From Candidatus Bruticola sp. (lineage in GTDB: Bacteria > Vulcanimicrobiota > Xenobia > Xenobiales > Xenobiaceae), in contig JBJEGD010000004.1 in assembly GCA_051874735.1 (NCBI GenBank), forward strand, positions 32,001 through 96,000: a stretch of DNA of 64,000 nt, given 5' to 3'. Below, piece after piece: positions 1-9,493 of this stretch (position 1 is the stretch's first letter; each line of letters begins with the position of its first letter). Made by a program: the position numbers and the translations under genes. The notes under the pieces were generated by a model. The model searched no databases. It worked only from the letters and a program-made list of their open reading frames with translations, and was not told the origin of the DNA.

Positions 1-1
1 T

Positions 2-2413
2 AAGCAGTTCGGTCCTGAATTATGTAAGTTTAGTCCTATTTTCGGCCGAGGTTGTCATTTAGACGACAGCGCCGATAATAGCGAATATAACTGTGATATC
101 CCAGAGCAAATTACTATTGTTTGTCAGAAAGATTCGGCTGCTCACGAATACGCTCTTCAGTTCGGTCTAAATTTTGAATTAGCTTGCTTTGAAGACGAAA
201 TAAGTGTCAAGGAGCCTAATCCGGGAGGTAGTTACATGCTTGGCGGTTTAGGAGTGGTCGAAGGAACCTCCAAATGCGCTCAAGCTCTGAATAGCCGATT
301 TTCTTTTGCACCTTTTAAGTACTCTGTCCGCCTAGTAACTCCAGAATTAAAGAAACGGGCCGAATTTAAAGACAGTTTGCTGAATGAAAATGAACTGGCT
401 GGCATGTCTTCTGCTGAAGCTTTTTCGATATTGCAAGGGGCTTACGAAATTCTTGATCAAGCTGAATTCTCTAAAATTTGGCAGAAGCATATTTGGCATT
501 CAGGATCAAGTTTGAAGAAAGTACTTAACTCTTCCAGGCTTTTTTCTTCCATTAAAGATATATTGCCTAAAGAATTTGAATTGGCATCAAAAGAAGATAA
601 TGCTAATAAAGTTTCCCAGCCTAGTAGTCAAGATGTTCTTAACGCTGCCTGTGATATTTTGGATTTAATGGAAAGATTGGGATATTTCCAGCTCCCCGAT
701 CTGGCGCCAGGCAGATATCGCTTGCAAGGCAAAGTTTTTTCTCTTAACGAAGTTAAAGAGGTGGTTTCTGCTGCTCCAGATTTTGAGCCTACAGAAGCAG
801 AATGTAATGTAATTGACGCCGCAAAAGCTGACTCCGCCTCTTGCTGTACTGCTGATCAGGATAACCTTATTCAATCTCACATTTTTAGTTCAGCACCGGC
901 TGATAATAAAAATGGCGAGTTAATGCAGAGTTCAACTTCAGAAATTTTGAAAGGGGCTGTCGAAACTGAATCAGTCAAAGTTTTTGTGCCTAATGCTGCC
1001 TCCTATTACGATTCTATGCCTTCCCATCTGTTAGGCAATATACAGCGTCTATCACAAAATAAAGAAAAATTGGCCGATTTCTTCTCCGATTTGACGGCTG
1101 GTCTGCTTCCTTTCAGTAGTTCGTCATTAATGCCCAGGAGTAGAAGGGAATTGGAAAAACGCTATTTCAATGCTTTCCATCTGCATATAGCTGAAGCTGC
1201 CGATGGTGTTAAAGCTTCTGACAATGTATCAGCTTCTTCCCTTGATGAAGAAAAGCCAGTTACTATTCAATCGGTTGCTGATGTAGAAAATAGCTTAGTA
1301 AAAGATTCAGCTAAAATGAGTATCGAAGCGGCAGAAGCTACTGATGGTATTGTCACTTCTGACAATTTATCAATTTCTTCTGTAGATAAAGAAGAGCCAG
1401 ATACTACCCTCCCCGTTGCCTCTATAGAGAGTAGTTTAGTCAAAGATTCGCTTTCAGAAAATACTAAAGCGACCGAAACTGCCAATAAGTGTATTCAGGC
1501 AGAGACAGTTTGTTCTAATGAAACTGAGCCAAAAACTGAGAGTAAAATCCATTCTGACCCTACCCAAGTATCCTCCTCCGTGTCTTGTGGTGACAGTAAC
1601 GTTTCTGTATCTTTTGAAGGGGTAGTTCTAGCCAGAGTACCTAATTTTTCTTTAGTTAAAGCTGAAGTTCCGAATACACTGGAAGGACGTCCTGTAGAAT
1701 CGTTGGGAGATAATTTTATTAAAGGTAGCAGTACGGTAGAAGAAATCTATCTGGGGGCTAATCTTAAAGTTATAGGTAAAGATGCTTTCCGCAGCTGTAG
1801 CCGTCTTCGTCTGATTTCCATGCCTGAGGGGCTGCAAATTATAAAGGATGGAGCTATGCGCAGTTGTGAAAGATTGACCGAAGTTGTTTTGCCCGATAGC
1901 ATAAAAGAGATTGGCTGTAGGGTATTCTGTGCCTGTAGCGGATTGCGTTCTCTGAAGCTTTCTTCTAGTTTAATCAGCATCGGTGAAGCCGCTTTTGCCG
2001 ATTGCCGTTCTTTGGTAAGCTTAGAACTTCCTCAGAGTTTGAAGAGGCTAGGCAGTAAAGCTTTTTTCGGTTGTCGCAATTTGGAGAGTATTTTTATTCC
2101 TGAGAGTTTAGAAATTTTAGAGGAGAGACTTTTTGACGTTTCTCAGAAATTAACTATTTATGCTCCTCCTCATTCCGCTGCTGCTGTTTATGCCGCTGAT
2201 CACGGTATAACGTATCGTGAAGCTTATGCTTATAATTGGCATGCTTTGGCTGAAGCTCAGAAACAGATTAATGAGGCTTCAGTGCCAAGTTCTGTGGTCG
2301 TTTCTCCTCCTGCAGAAGTTAAATCTAGCAAGGCTGAAGCTAAGGCAATTTCAAAGAATAAAGCTAAATATTTGAAGAGACTATCTTCTCGTATTAGAAG
2401 TAAACGGCGTTAA
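2..2413 (+). CDS. Large BspA-type leucine-rich-repeat (LRR_5) protein, probably 5'-truncated by the window edge
   Basis: C-terminal repeats IGxxAFxxCxxLxxIxLPxSL plus the cap LTIYAPPHSAAAVYA. The frame is open from nt 2 to the ATG at 236 and encodes a second cap-like motif ITIVCQKDSAAHEYA. Confidence 0.8.
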   Translation, partial: KQFGPELCKFSPIFGRGCHLDDSADNSEYNCDIPEQITIVCQKDSAAHEYALQFGLNFELACFEDEISVKEPNPGGSYMLGGLGVVEGTSKCAQALNSRFSFAPFKYSVRLVTPELKKRAEFKDSLLNENELAGMSSAEAFSILQGAYEILDQAEFSKIWQKHIWHSGSSLKKVLNSSRLFSSIKDILPKEFELASKEDNANKVSQPSSQDVLNAACDILDLMERLGYFQLPDLAPGRYRLQGKVFSLNEVKEVVSAAPDFEPTEAECNVIDAAKADSASCCTADQDNLIQSHIFSSAPADNKNGELMQSSTSEILKGAVETESVKVFVPNAASYYDSMPSHLLGNIQRLSQNKEKLADFFSDLTAGLLPFSSSSLMPRSRRELEKRYFNAFHLHIAEAADGVKASDNVSASSLDEEKPVTIQSVADVENSLVKDSAKMSIEAAEATDGIVTSDNLSISSVDKEEPDTTLPVASIESSLVKDSLSENTKATETANKCIQAETVCSNETEPKTESKIHSDPTQVSSSVSCGDSNVSVSFEGVVLARVPNFSLVKAEVPNTLEGRPVESLGDNFIKGSSTVEEIYLGANLKVIGKDAFRSCSRLRLISMPEGLQIIKDGAMRSCERLTEVVLPDSIKEIGCRVFCACSGLRSLKLSSSLISIGEAAFADCRSLVSLELPQSLKRLGSKAFFGCRNLESIFIPESLEILEERLFDVSQKLTIYAPPHSAAAVYAADHGITYREAYAYNWHALAEAQKQINEASVPSSVVVSPPAEVKSSKAEAKAISKNKAKYLKRLSSRIRSKRR
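1190..1450 (+). repeat. Intragenic tandem duplication of about 47 codons (AEAxDG...SLVKDS) x2
   Basis: AEAADGVKASDNVSASSLDEEKPVTIQSVADVENSLVKDS versus AEATDGIVTSDNLSISSVDKEEPDTTLPVASIESSLVKDS. Confidence 0.75.
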
Positions 2414-2460
2414 AATTTAAGCCAGAGTTGGTTTGTTCAAACAAGAAAGATGAAAAGCTT

Positions 2461-3555
2461 ATGAAAACAATTGAAAAAGCTCTGGAACGAATAGCCTATG
2501 CTTTAGAGCGTATTGCTGATTGTATGGAGCGAGGAGCGGCTCTTTCTCAAAACGATCTGCTCTCCCAAGTTGGATTAGTTGATACGGTTGAAAAAGTTGA
2601 GTCGGCTGATTCAATAGCAGATAGGAATGCACCCCATACAGAAGAGCTCAAAGAAGATAATCAAGAAAACATAAATTCTGCGGCAGAAAAAGAACTCAAA
2701 TGTCCGGCTGTACCTTTAGAGAGCAGAGAAGAGTTTACTTTTGATTTGCCCAGCCCAGATCAGCGTAAAGATTTTGCTTGTCGTTTTCCTAACATTGTAA
2801 AATTCTTAGAATCGAAAGATATATACGTTTGTGATATATTTTCGCCTCTGCTTCCAAACACTCTCGATGATCGTTTGGAAGAGATCGCCCTTTATATGGG
2901 CAACCATTACGCTGATATCAGTTCGTTACTTATGGCTATAAAGGCCAATTTGCGCACTGGATTTAGTTTTTCGCTAGATTTCAATTCTTTTTCTTCCGCT
3001 TCCGCTAAAACTATAGATAAGTTGTGTAGAGCTCTTTATGAAATAGCTTTTTTGGACGAGTACCGTTATTTAGGCTATCCCGATTTTAAATTGCAGACCA
3101 GAGCTGCTACTATAGGTATAGCTCATAACTTTTTCAGTGGTTTTTGGTTTGAGCGCTATATAGCTCAGCAAACAGCATCTGTAATAAGAAAGATCCGCTG
3201 TGAGTATAATTTAGAAGAAGACGATTTTGAAATTATACGCAATGCTAAACTCATGTGTCAGGGAGTTCCTCGTGAGCGCGACATCTTAGTTAGCTGCTCC
3301 GGAGAATATTATTGGTTGGAATGCAAATCTGGTGATAATTATATCGATAGCATCTCCGCTTATGATACTTTTTCTTCTCATTTTGGCTTTGAGGCTGATA
3401 ATTGCTTTTTAGTTTTTCTGAGTAACGATTCGGGCTGCCATAGAGCTGCTGGTTCTGGAATTAATATTTGTTCTAGTGTAGAATTCGTCGATCGTTTCTC
3501 CGATATTCTTCGGCATAATTTAGAAAAAGCTGGCTTTACTAAAAGTAAAACTTAA
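2461..3555 (+). CDS. Hypothetical protein with a C-terminal PD-(D/E)xK restriction-endonuclease-like domain
   Basis: Motifs FSGFWFERY ... ERDIL ... WLECKSG resemble DUF1887/Card1-type nuclease domains. ATG 2461 preferred to TTG 2428. Confidence 0.6.
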   Translation: MKTIEKALERIAYALERIADCMERGAALSQNDLLSQVGLVDTVEKVESADSIADRNAPHTEELKEDNQENINSAAEKELKCPAVPLESREEFTFDLPSPDQRKDFACRFPNIVKFLESKDIYVCDIFSPLLPNTLDDRLEEIALYMGNHYADISSLLMAIKANLRTGFSFSLDFNSFSSASAKTIDKLCRALYEIAFLDEYRYLGYPDFKLQTRAATIGIAHNFFSGFWFERYIAQQTASVIRKIRCEYNLEEDDFEIIRNAKLMCQGVPRERDILVSCSGEYYWLECKSGDNYIDSISAYDTFSSHFGFEADNCFLVFLSNDSGCHRAAGSGINICSSVEFVDRFSDILRHNLEKAGFTKSKT

Positions 3556-3580
3556 GCAGTTGCATTATTACATATAAAAT

Positions 3581-3628
3581 AAAGATAGCGCTTCAGTTTT
3601 TCATAGGAAAAGCTGAAGCGCTATCTTT
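3581..3628. terminator. Bidirectional intrinsic terminator between convergent genes
   Basis: Near-perfect inverted repeat AAAGATAGCGCTTCAGTTTTTC / GAAAAGCTGAAGCGCTATCTTT. Confidence 0.8.
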
Positions 3629-3663
3629 CTATTTTGCTCGCTATTTAGATAGGTATATATTTG

Positions 3664-4452
3664 TTACTTAACTATATAAGCTTTTTTGATCATGGTGGGC
3701 TGCTGCTTGGCGGGCAGACTCTTCAAGTAGGCTTCACCATTGTACCAAAGCATACCTTGATCGAGTCCCATATCTGGGCTTCCAACAGACTTAAACGAAT
3801 CCGCAACCTCCATACCTTTGACTACCTTACCGAAGGTACTGAAATTCTGCTGCTGCAGGAAATCGTTATCCCCATAATTTATGAAAATTTGAGTGGAATT
3901 TGTGTTGGGGCCAGCTTTAGCGAAAGCCAAAGTGCCGCGGTCTAAGCGGAAAAGACTAGGATCATCATTAAAGTTCTTATCTTTCCAGTCGATCATGCCT
4001 TTGCGCCAGTTGATACCAAATTGGGCTACAAATGGGCGGGGGTTCTTAACTACACGGAATATAGGGGTATCGTTGTAGTAGCCGAGTTTTACTAATTCGA
4101 TAAAGCGTTTGGCTGCGTTAGGAGCCGCTTGGGGATAGATTTCCATGTCGATATCCCCGTCAGTAGTTTCAAAGCGCACTAAAGTGTACTCAGTAATAGT
4201 GGGGGCCTCGGGACCGAAAGGAGTTAAAGAACGATATTGAGCTGACATTGGGCTCTCCTTTTCTTGACTTTGCTGAGCGGCAGGTTCGGAAGCTGACTGC
4301 TCGGCAGGTTTATTTTCTTGGGGTTGAACTTGCTGGCTCTGTGCCTGGGATGCCCCTCTTTCTGCTGCTGTTTCTTGAGTTTTAGCGCAGCCAAACTGCA
4401 AACTAGCAAAAATAAGCACCGCAGCTAAGGTAGACAGGCGATATATATTCAT
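3664..4452 (-). CDS. Cyclophilin-type peptidyl-prolyl isomerase, probable lipoprotein
   Basis: Motifs FRVV..FVAQFG, AFAKAGPNTNSTQIFIN and FGKVVKG; signal peptide ending LQFGC followed by a Q/E/P-rich linker. Confidence 0.9.
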   Translation of the reverse strand: MNIYRLSTLAAVLIFASLQFGCAKTQETAAERGASQAQSQQVQPQENKPAEQSASEPAAQQSQEKESPMSAQYRSLTPFGPEAPTITEYTLVRFETTDGDIDMEIYPQAAPNAAKRFIELVKLGYYNDTPIFRVVKNPRPFVAQFGINWRKGMIDWKDKNFNDDPSLFRLDRGTLAFAKAGPNTNSTQIFINYGDNDFLQQQNFSTFGKVVKGMEVADSFKSVGSPDMGLDQGMLWYNGEAYLKSLPAKQQPTMIKKAYIVK

Positions 4453-4506
4453 TTTTTTTCTCCTGAAAAGAGACTCGGCACTGCTGAGTCTCTTAGATAA
4501 ATATTC

Positions 4507-5262
4507 TTAATCTTTAACTACTTCGGCTTTAATAATCATGGTAGGCTGCTGACTAGCAGGCAACTGCTTGAGGTAAGCGTCTCCGTTGGTAGAGAGCATA
4601 CGTTGGTTCAATCCCATACTAGGATCGCCCACTTGCTTAAAGTTATTGGCTATATCTAAACCTTTGGTAATAATACCGAAAGTAGAGAAAACTTGATCGC
4701 GTAAGAAGTCGTTGTTGGCATAATTAATAAAAACTTGAGTAGAGTTTGTATTAGGGCCGGCTTTAGCAAATGCTAAGGTTCCCGCTTCTAAGTGAAAGAG
4801 GCTGGGATCATCATTAAACTTTTTTTCATTCCATTGACGCTGGCCGTCTCTCCAATTTAATCCAAATTGGGCTACGAAGGGACGCGGATTTTTAACGACA
4901 CGGAAAATCGGAGTATTGTCGTAATAGCCGGCTTTTACTAACTCAATAAAGCGTTTAGCAGCATTGGGAGCCGCCTGAGGGTATATTTCCATTTCAATAT
5001 CTCCGGCACTAGTTTTGAAGCGCACTTTAACTACTTCGGTAAGGGCCGGAGCATTAGAACTGAAAGGAACGAGATGCCTGTATTTGGAGGCGGCTTTAGT
5101 TTGGGCTTCCTGGTTATCTTGAGCTGCAACCTGTTTGTTTCTACCAGCTACGAGTTTGTACTCTGTTTGGGAGTCTTCATGGGCCCAAGCGGAAAGGCTG
5201 CAGCAGAGGCTACCAATCACAGTTAAGGAAACAACGAGGCCTTTAATTAAGTTTTTATTCAT
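4507..5262 (-). CDS. Cyclophilin-type peptidyl-prolyl isomerase, Sec-exported paralog
   Basis: Same cyclophilin motifs; start MNKNLIK at 5262 with a signal peptide ending AWA. Confidence 0.9.
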   Translation of the reverse strand: MNKNLIKGLVVSLTVIGSLCCSLSAWAHEDSQTEYKLVAGRNKQVAAQDNQEAQTKAASKYRHLVPFSSNAPALTEVVKVRFKTSAGDIEMEIYPQAAPNAAKRFIELVKAGYYDNTPIFRVVKNPRPFVAQFGLNWRDGQRQWNEKKFNDDPSLFHLEAGTLAFAKAGPNTNSTQVFINYANNDFLRDQVFSTFGIITKGLDIANNFKQVGDPSMGLNQRMLSTNGDAYLKQLPASQQPTMIIKAEVVKD

Positions 5263-5303
5263 AATGTCGTATTTTTGCCGTTCCTTTCTTTGTAGGAAAA
5301 TTG

Positions 5304-5963
5304 TTAGGGAGAGCCCGGTACGTTTTGAGCCGGCGCCATCTTCCATGCATCTTTGATGTGAGACATATCATTGAAAGAGACTAAGCTGGGAAGTCCATTT
5401 ATATAGCGCAGACGAACGATTCCAGTGTTGCCTAATTCCATAGTCCACTGATATTTGCCTTGAGGGGGGCCTACAATATTCCATAGTATAGTTCTAATAA
5501 TTCCGCCGTGGCTGAAGGCAATTACCCGTCCGTCTTTGGGCAAATCATGTATCCAGGATTCAGCTCTGTCAGAAACATCCTGTAAATTTTCATCTGAGCC
5601 CGGAAAGTAAGTTCTATAAGGATCTTTCCACCAAGCTGTGACTTTGGCCTGATCTTCTGTGGAAAGCTCATTCCAGGTATGACCTTCTACTATACCCATG
5701 GGAATTTCTCGCAGGCGTTTGTCTAGGCGTATATCTTCTAATTTCAAATGGGGCATGGCCAACTGAGCTGTTTCAATACATCGGTGCAGATCTGAGCTCC
5801 AAACCTGGGTAAAATTAACATCTTTTAAATTATTAGCTAAAGCTCTAGCCTGCTCTTTGCCCAATTCGTTTAAACGTACATCGCTGTGTCCTTGCCAGCG
5901 TCTTACAGCATTCCAATCGGTACTGCCGTGGCGTACTAACCAAACTTCCAACATGAGCGCCAT
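5304..5963 (-). CDS. Histidine phosphatase (phosphoglycerate mutase/CobC family)
   Basis: LVRHGSTDWN, SSDLHRC, LREI and SHGG motifs. Confidence 0.9.
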   Translation of the reverse strand: MALMLEVWLVRHGSTDWNAVRRWQGHSDVRLNELGKEQARALANNLKDVNFTQVWSSDLHRCIETAQLAMPHLKLEDIRLDKRLREIPMGIVEGHTWNELSTEDQAKVTAWWKDPYRTYFPGSDENLQDVSDRAESWIHDLPKDGRVIAFSHGGIIRTILWNIVGPPQGKYQWTMELGNTGIVRLRYINGLPSLVSFNDMSHIKDAWKMAPAQNVPGSP

Positions 5964-6226
5964 GTTTTGCTGCTTTATTCGTCAATCCTGCTTATGAGAT
6001 TCATCTTGGATTTGGACTCATTTAGGCTCGTTTCCAGTTTATTTTTTAGACAATTATTATTTTCTTTTTTATTTATTTATCTTAAATCTATTTATTAAGA
6101 AATCCGAATTTTAGGCCACTATTTATGTATAGATAAGTTCTTTTTTCTCTTTGATAATTATCAATAAGTACAAGTGTAAAAAGTTAGTTTTTTTATAACT
6201 TGAGGATGATTAGGAGGGTAGATGCT

Positions 6227-9151
6227 GTGTCTTTAGAGCAAATATCTAATTTTTTGGGTATTTCCAATATATCTAGTAATTTAGTATCTTTTTCTACTGC
6301 TGCTTCCAGCAACTCTTTAGGGATAACTTGTAACGATTCTATTTCTTTTTCTGGCTCTGAAATTTTAGGGACTATGGAAAAAAGCCATGTTGCTTCTTTA
6401 GATGATGAAGAGGCCGCTGTTCAAGAAAATGAAGAATCTGGGGAAGCTGAGGAAGAAGCCGCGGTCTCCTCTGCGGAAGATACTCAGATTAGTGAAGTAG
6501 CGGCCTCTGAAAATGAAGATATGTCAGTTGAAGAAGCGGACAATCCTCAGAATGCTGTTGTTCAGATGGGTGAAGAAGTGGTTGCTAACGATGTCGCGGC
6601 TTCTAAAGTAGCTGCTTCGCAGACTTTAGCTCAGGTTGAAGCTGAGCAAAAAGCTGAGCTCGCTTCCAGCGCTAATTCCGAGGTCGATGAAGCTAATGCA
6701 AATTTAGAGGCTGCGCAAAATGAACTTGAAGAAGTTTTGGCTGAAGGTGAGATTGAAGGCAAAGAAGCTAATACGGCTGAGACGCTCGAAGGGTTAGAAG
6801 CTGAAATGGAAGAGCTCCAGGCAGAGCAAGAAAAGAAAGCTGAAGAGCGCGAAGCTTTAGAGCAGAAACAGGCCCAGCTGGTTGAAGATTTAGCTGAAGC
6901 GCAGGCTGATGGAGATCAGGAAAAAATTGAACAACTCAGTCAGGAGCTTAATCAGGTAAATCAAGATTTAACCAGATGCCAAGATGATTTGAGCTCTTTA
7001 CAAAATCAAATTTCGAATTTAAGTGGAACAATTGATTCAACTAAGAATCAGCTTGAACAAGAAAATGCGGCTAAGGAGCAGTTGCAGCAAGATAAGGTAA
7101 ATGCAGCTCAGAGCGCTCAGCAAAGCGCTGCCTCTAGTGTCGAACAGGCTCAAGCAGAAGCTGATAGTGCTAATGCCAATTATCAGAGTGCTCAGCAGCA
7201 GGCATCGCAAGCTAGTCAAGATGCTTTAGAAGCCAATTCGACCGCTCAAAGTTCTCAGAGCGAAGCTTCTAAAGCAGCAGATGAGGCTCAACAATCTCAA
7301 GCTAAAGCTGATGAGGTTAAGAGTTCATTGGAAGAGCTCCGTTCTGCTGCTGAGCAAGCTCGTGCTGACGCTTCTGCTAAAGCTGAAGAAGCCAGTCAGG
7401 CGGATTCGGAGGTTTCGTCTGCTCAATCTGCTTTAGAAGCCGCTCAGTCAGCTACCAAAACGATAGAAGATGAGGAAGGCAACACACAGGAAGTTCAAGA
7501 TGAGGAAGCTATTGCTTCAGCTCAAGCTGATTTGGAGGCCGCTCAATCTAAGGCTGAAGCTGCTCATGCTGCAGCTGATGAAGCGGAGAATACGGCCACT
7601 CAGTTAGAGAATATGCTTAGTCAGGCTGAGAGCAGTTCTGCTGCTGCCGATACAGAGTCTATTCAGGCTGAGGCTATCTCCGAACAAGCTGCCGCTCAGA
7701 CTGAGCAAGATGCCGCCGCCGTAGATAATGCTGAAAATGAAGCTGCCGCTGCCGATACAAAAGTTGAAGAGGCCGCTGGTCAAGCGAGTAATGCTGAGCA
7801 AAGTGTCAACCAGGCGTCCAACTTCTCTGATCAAGCTGAAAATGCTGTTGGCCAAGTTGAAGAAGATGCAAATACTGTGGCTGAAACTAATGAGGCCAAT
7901 CAAGCTGCTGCTGATAGCGCCCAAAATTCGGCAGATGAAGCTGAAAATAGTAGCAATGAACAGTCTGATAATGGAGTCAGTAATGAAGATATTCAGAATC
8001 AGCTCAATAGTTTAGCGCAGATGCTGGCCTCGATGCAGGCGGCTAATCAATCTAACGGTAGCAGCGGCAGTACTGGAGGTAGTGGAGGTTCTGGCAGTGT
8101 CGGTAGCACTGGAAGTACGGGCGGCACTGCCAGCACCAGCAGTACAGGTTCTACTTCCTCTACTAACAGAACTAGCGCTGCTGGTGGTCTCGATCTTTCC
8201 AAATGCTCCGATGAAGATATTGCTGCAGCTATAGATGGTTTCTTAGCAGAGAAAGGATCTGAAGCTCCTGAAGGTACTGGTCAACTTTTTGTTGAGGCTG
8301 GTAAAGAATACAATGTAGATCCTTTAATTTTGCTTTCTATTGCTGGTCAAGAAACTCAATGGGGTAAGACAGGTATAGGCCTTAACGGTTGGATGGGAGT
8401 TGGTGCTTACGATTCAAATCCTACTAATGCGACTACTAACCCTACTTTTGCTGGAGTTAAAAATCAAATTGAAGTAGGCGCCAAAACTTTTGCTAATTTG
8501 CGCGAAAAAGGCGGCTCTTCTTCTGAAGACTCAGTCGCCGATCAGACTGCTGCTGTGAATCAAGCCGGATGGGCTACTGATCAAAACTGGCACAATGGAG
8601 TGACTAGTATTTACGAAAATCAAGTTAGCGCCTACATGCTTGAACACTTAGAAGGAGCCGAAGTTAAAGGCAATAGCGAGGGTATTGAAGCTGCACTTAA
8701 TGAAGCTCTTTCTATGGAAGGGATGACTGAAAGTGCCAATGCCTCCGAAATTAATGCCATTACTAAGGATTGTAACCAAAGTTGGGCTCTCGATTGTCAG
8801 TCTCAACCTTGGTGCGCCGCTTTTGCCACAGGCATTTTAGCTAAAAATGGCGTTATGGACTTCAGCAACTGTGAAAATGTCAATTACACTCCCACTTTAG
8901 TTGAATGGTCTAAGAGTGAAGGCACTTGGAATAGTGCCGGTGGCGATTATATACCTCAGTCCGGCGATATGATTATGTTTGACTGGGATAATACCCGATC
9001 GGGGGCGGATCACGTGGGAATAGTAGTTAGCTACGACAGTTCTACTGGAGTGGTTACAACCGTTGAAGGCAACAGCAGTAATTCAGTAAAGGTTAACACT
9101 TATGACCGCAACCAGGCTTGTGTGATGGGTTATATATCTCCCAATAAATAA
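6227..9151 (+). CDS. Coiled-coil peptidoglycan hydrolase 1 (GH73-like glucosaminidase + CHAP)
   Basis: DPLILLSIAGQETQWG, GAYDS, WATDQNW (GH73-like); PWCAAF, GDMIMFDW, DHVGIV, VEGNS (CHAP). GTG 6227 follows GGAGGG and aligns with the paralog 2 start. Confidence 0.85.
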   Translation: MSLEQISNFLGISNISSNLVSFSTAASSNSLGITCNDSISFSGSEILGTMEKSHVASLDDEEAAVQENEESGEAEEEAAVSSAEDTQISEVAASENEDMSVEEADNPQNAVVQMGEEVVANDVAASKVAASQTLAQVEAEQKAELASSANSEVDEANANLEAAQNELEEVLAEGEIEGKEANTAETLEGLEAEMEELQAEQEKKAEEREALEQKQAQLVEDLAEAQADGDQEKIEQLSQELNQVNQDLTRCQDDLSSLQNQISNLSGTIDSTKNQLEQENAAKEQLQQDKVNAAQSAQQSAASSVEQAQAEADSANANYQSAQQQASQASQDALEANSTAQSSQSEASKAADEAQQSQAKADEVKSSLEELRSAAEQARADASAKAEEASQADSEVSSAQSALEAAQSATKTIEDEEGNTQEVQDEEAIASAQADLEAAQSKAEAAHAAADEAENTATQLENMLSQAESSSAAADTESIQAEAISEQAAAQTEQDAAAVDNAENEAAAADTKVEEAAGQASNAEQSVNQASNFSDQAENAVGQVEEDANTVAETNEANQAAADSAQNSADEAENSSNEQSDNGVSNEDIQNQLNSLAQMLASMQAANQSNGSSGSTGGSGGSGSVGSTGSTGGTASTSSTGSTSSTNRTSAAGGLDLSKCSDEDIAAAIDGFLAEKGSEAPEGTGQLFVEAGKEYNVDPLILLSIAGQETQWGKTGIGLNGWMGVGAYDSNPTNATTNPTFAGVKNQIEVGAKTFANLREKGGSSSEDSVADQTAAVNQAGWATDQNWHNGVTSIYENQVSAYMLEHLEGAEVKGNSEGIEAALNEALSMEGMTESANASEINAITKDCNQSWALDCQSQPWCAAFATGILAKNGVMDFSNCENVNYTPTLVEWSKSEGTWNSAGGDYIPQSGDMIMFDWDNTRSGADHVGIVVSYDSSTGVVTTVEGNSSNSVKVNTYDRNQACVMGYISPNK

Positions 9152-9190
9152 AACAATTATTCAGTAAGTATATTCTGCTGAATCGTTTGC

Positions 9191-9228
9191 AACAGCCTTT
9201 CGCTGATTATCAGCCTAGGGCTGTTTTT
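9191..9228 (+). terminator. Intrinsic terminator after hydrolase 1
   Basis: AACAGCC...GGCTGTT stem followed by a T tract. Confidence 0.65.
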
Positions 9229-9493
9229 ATATTTGACTATAAAAATATCTCTTAAATAAAGATATTTATTAACTTATATGTATCTAAAATGTCATATATA
9301 TAACAATTTCTTTTAATGATTAAATGAATTATAAATGCTTTATTTATGTTAAATAAATGTTAAAACAGTCCAAAAAAGTACTTTTAAGTATTGATAAAAA
9401 AGTATTTATATATGATAAATAAAATAAATGTGGAGCAGATTTATGTGTGGTTTCGCCAGCTTTTTTCTGCTGAAAATAGGGGAGATTTGAGGA

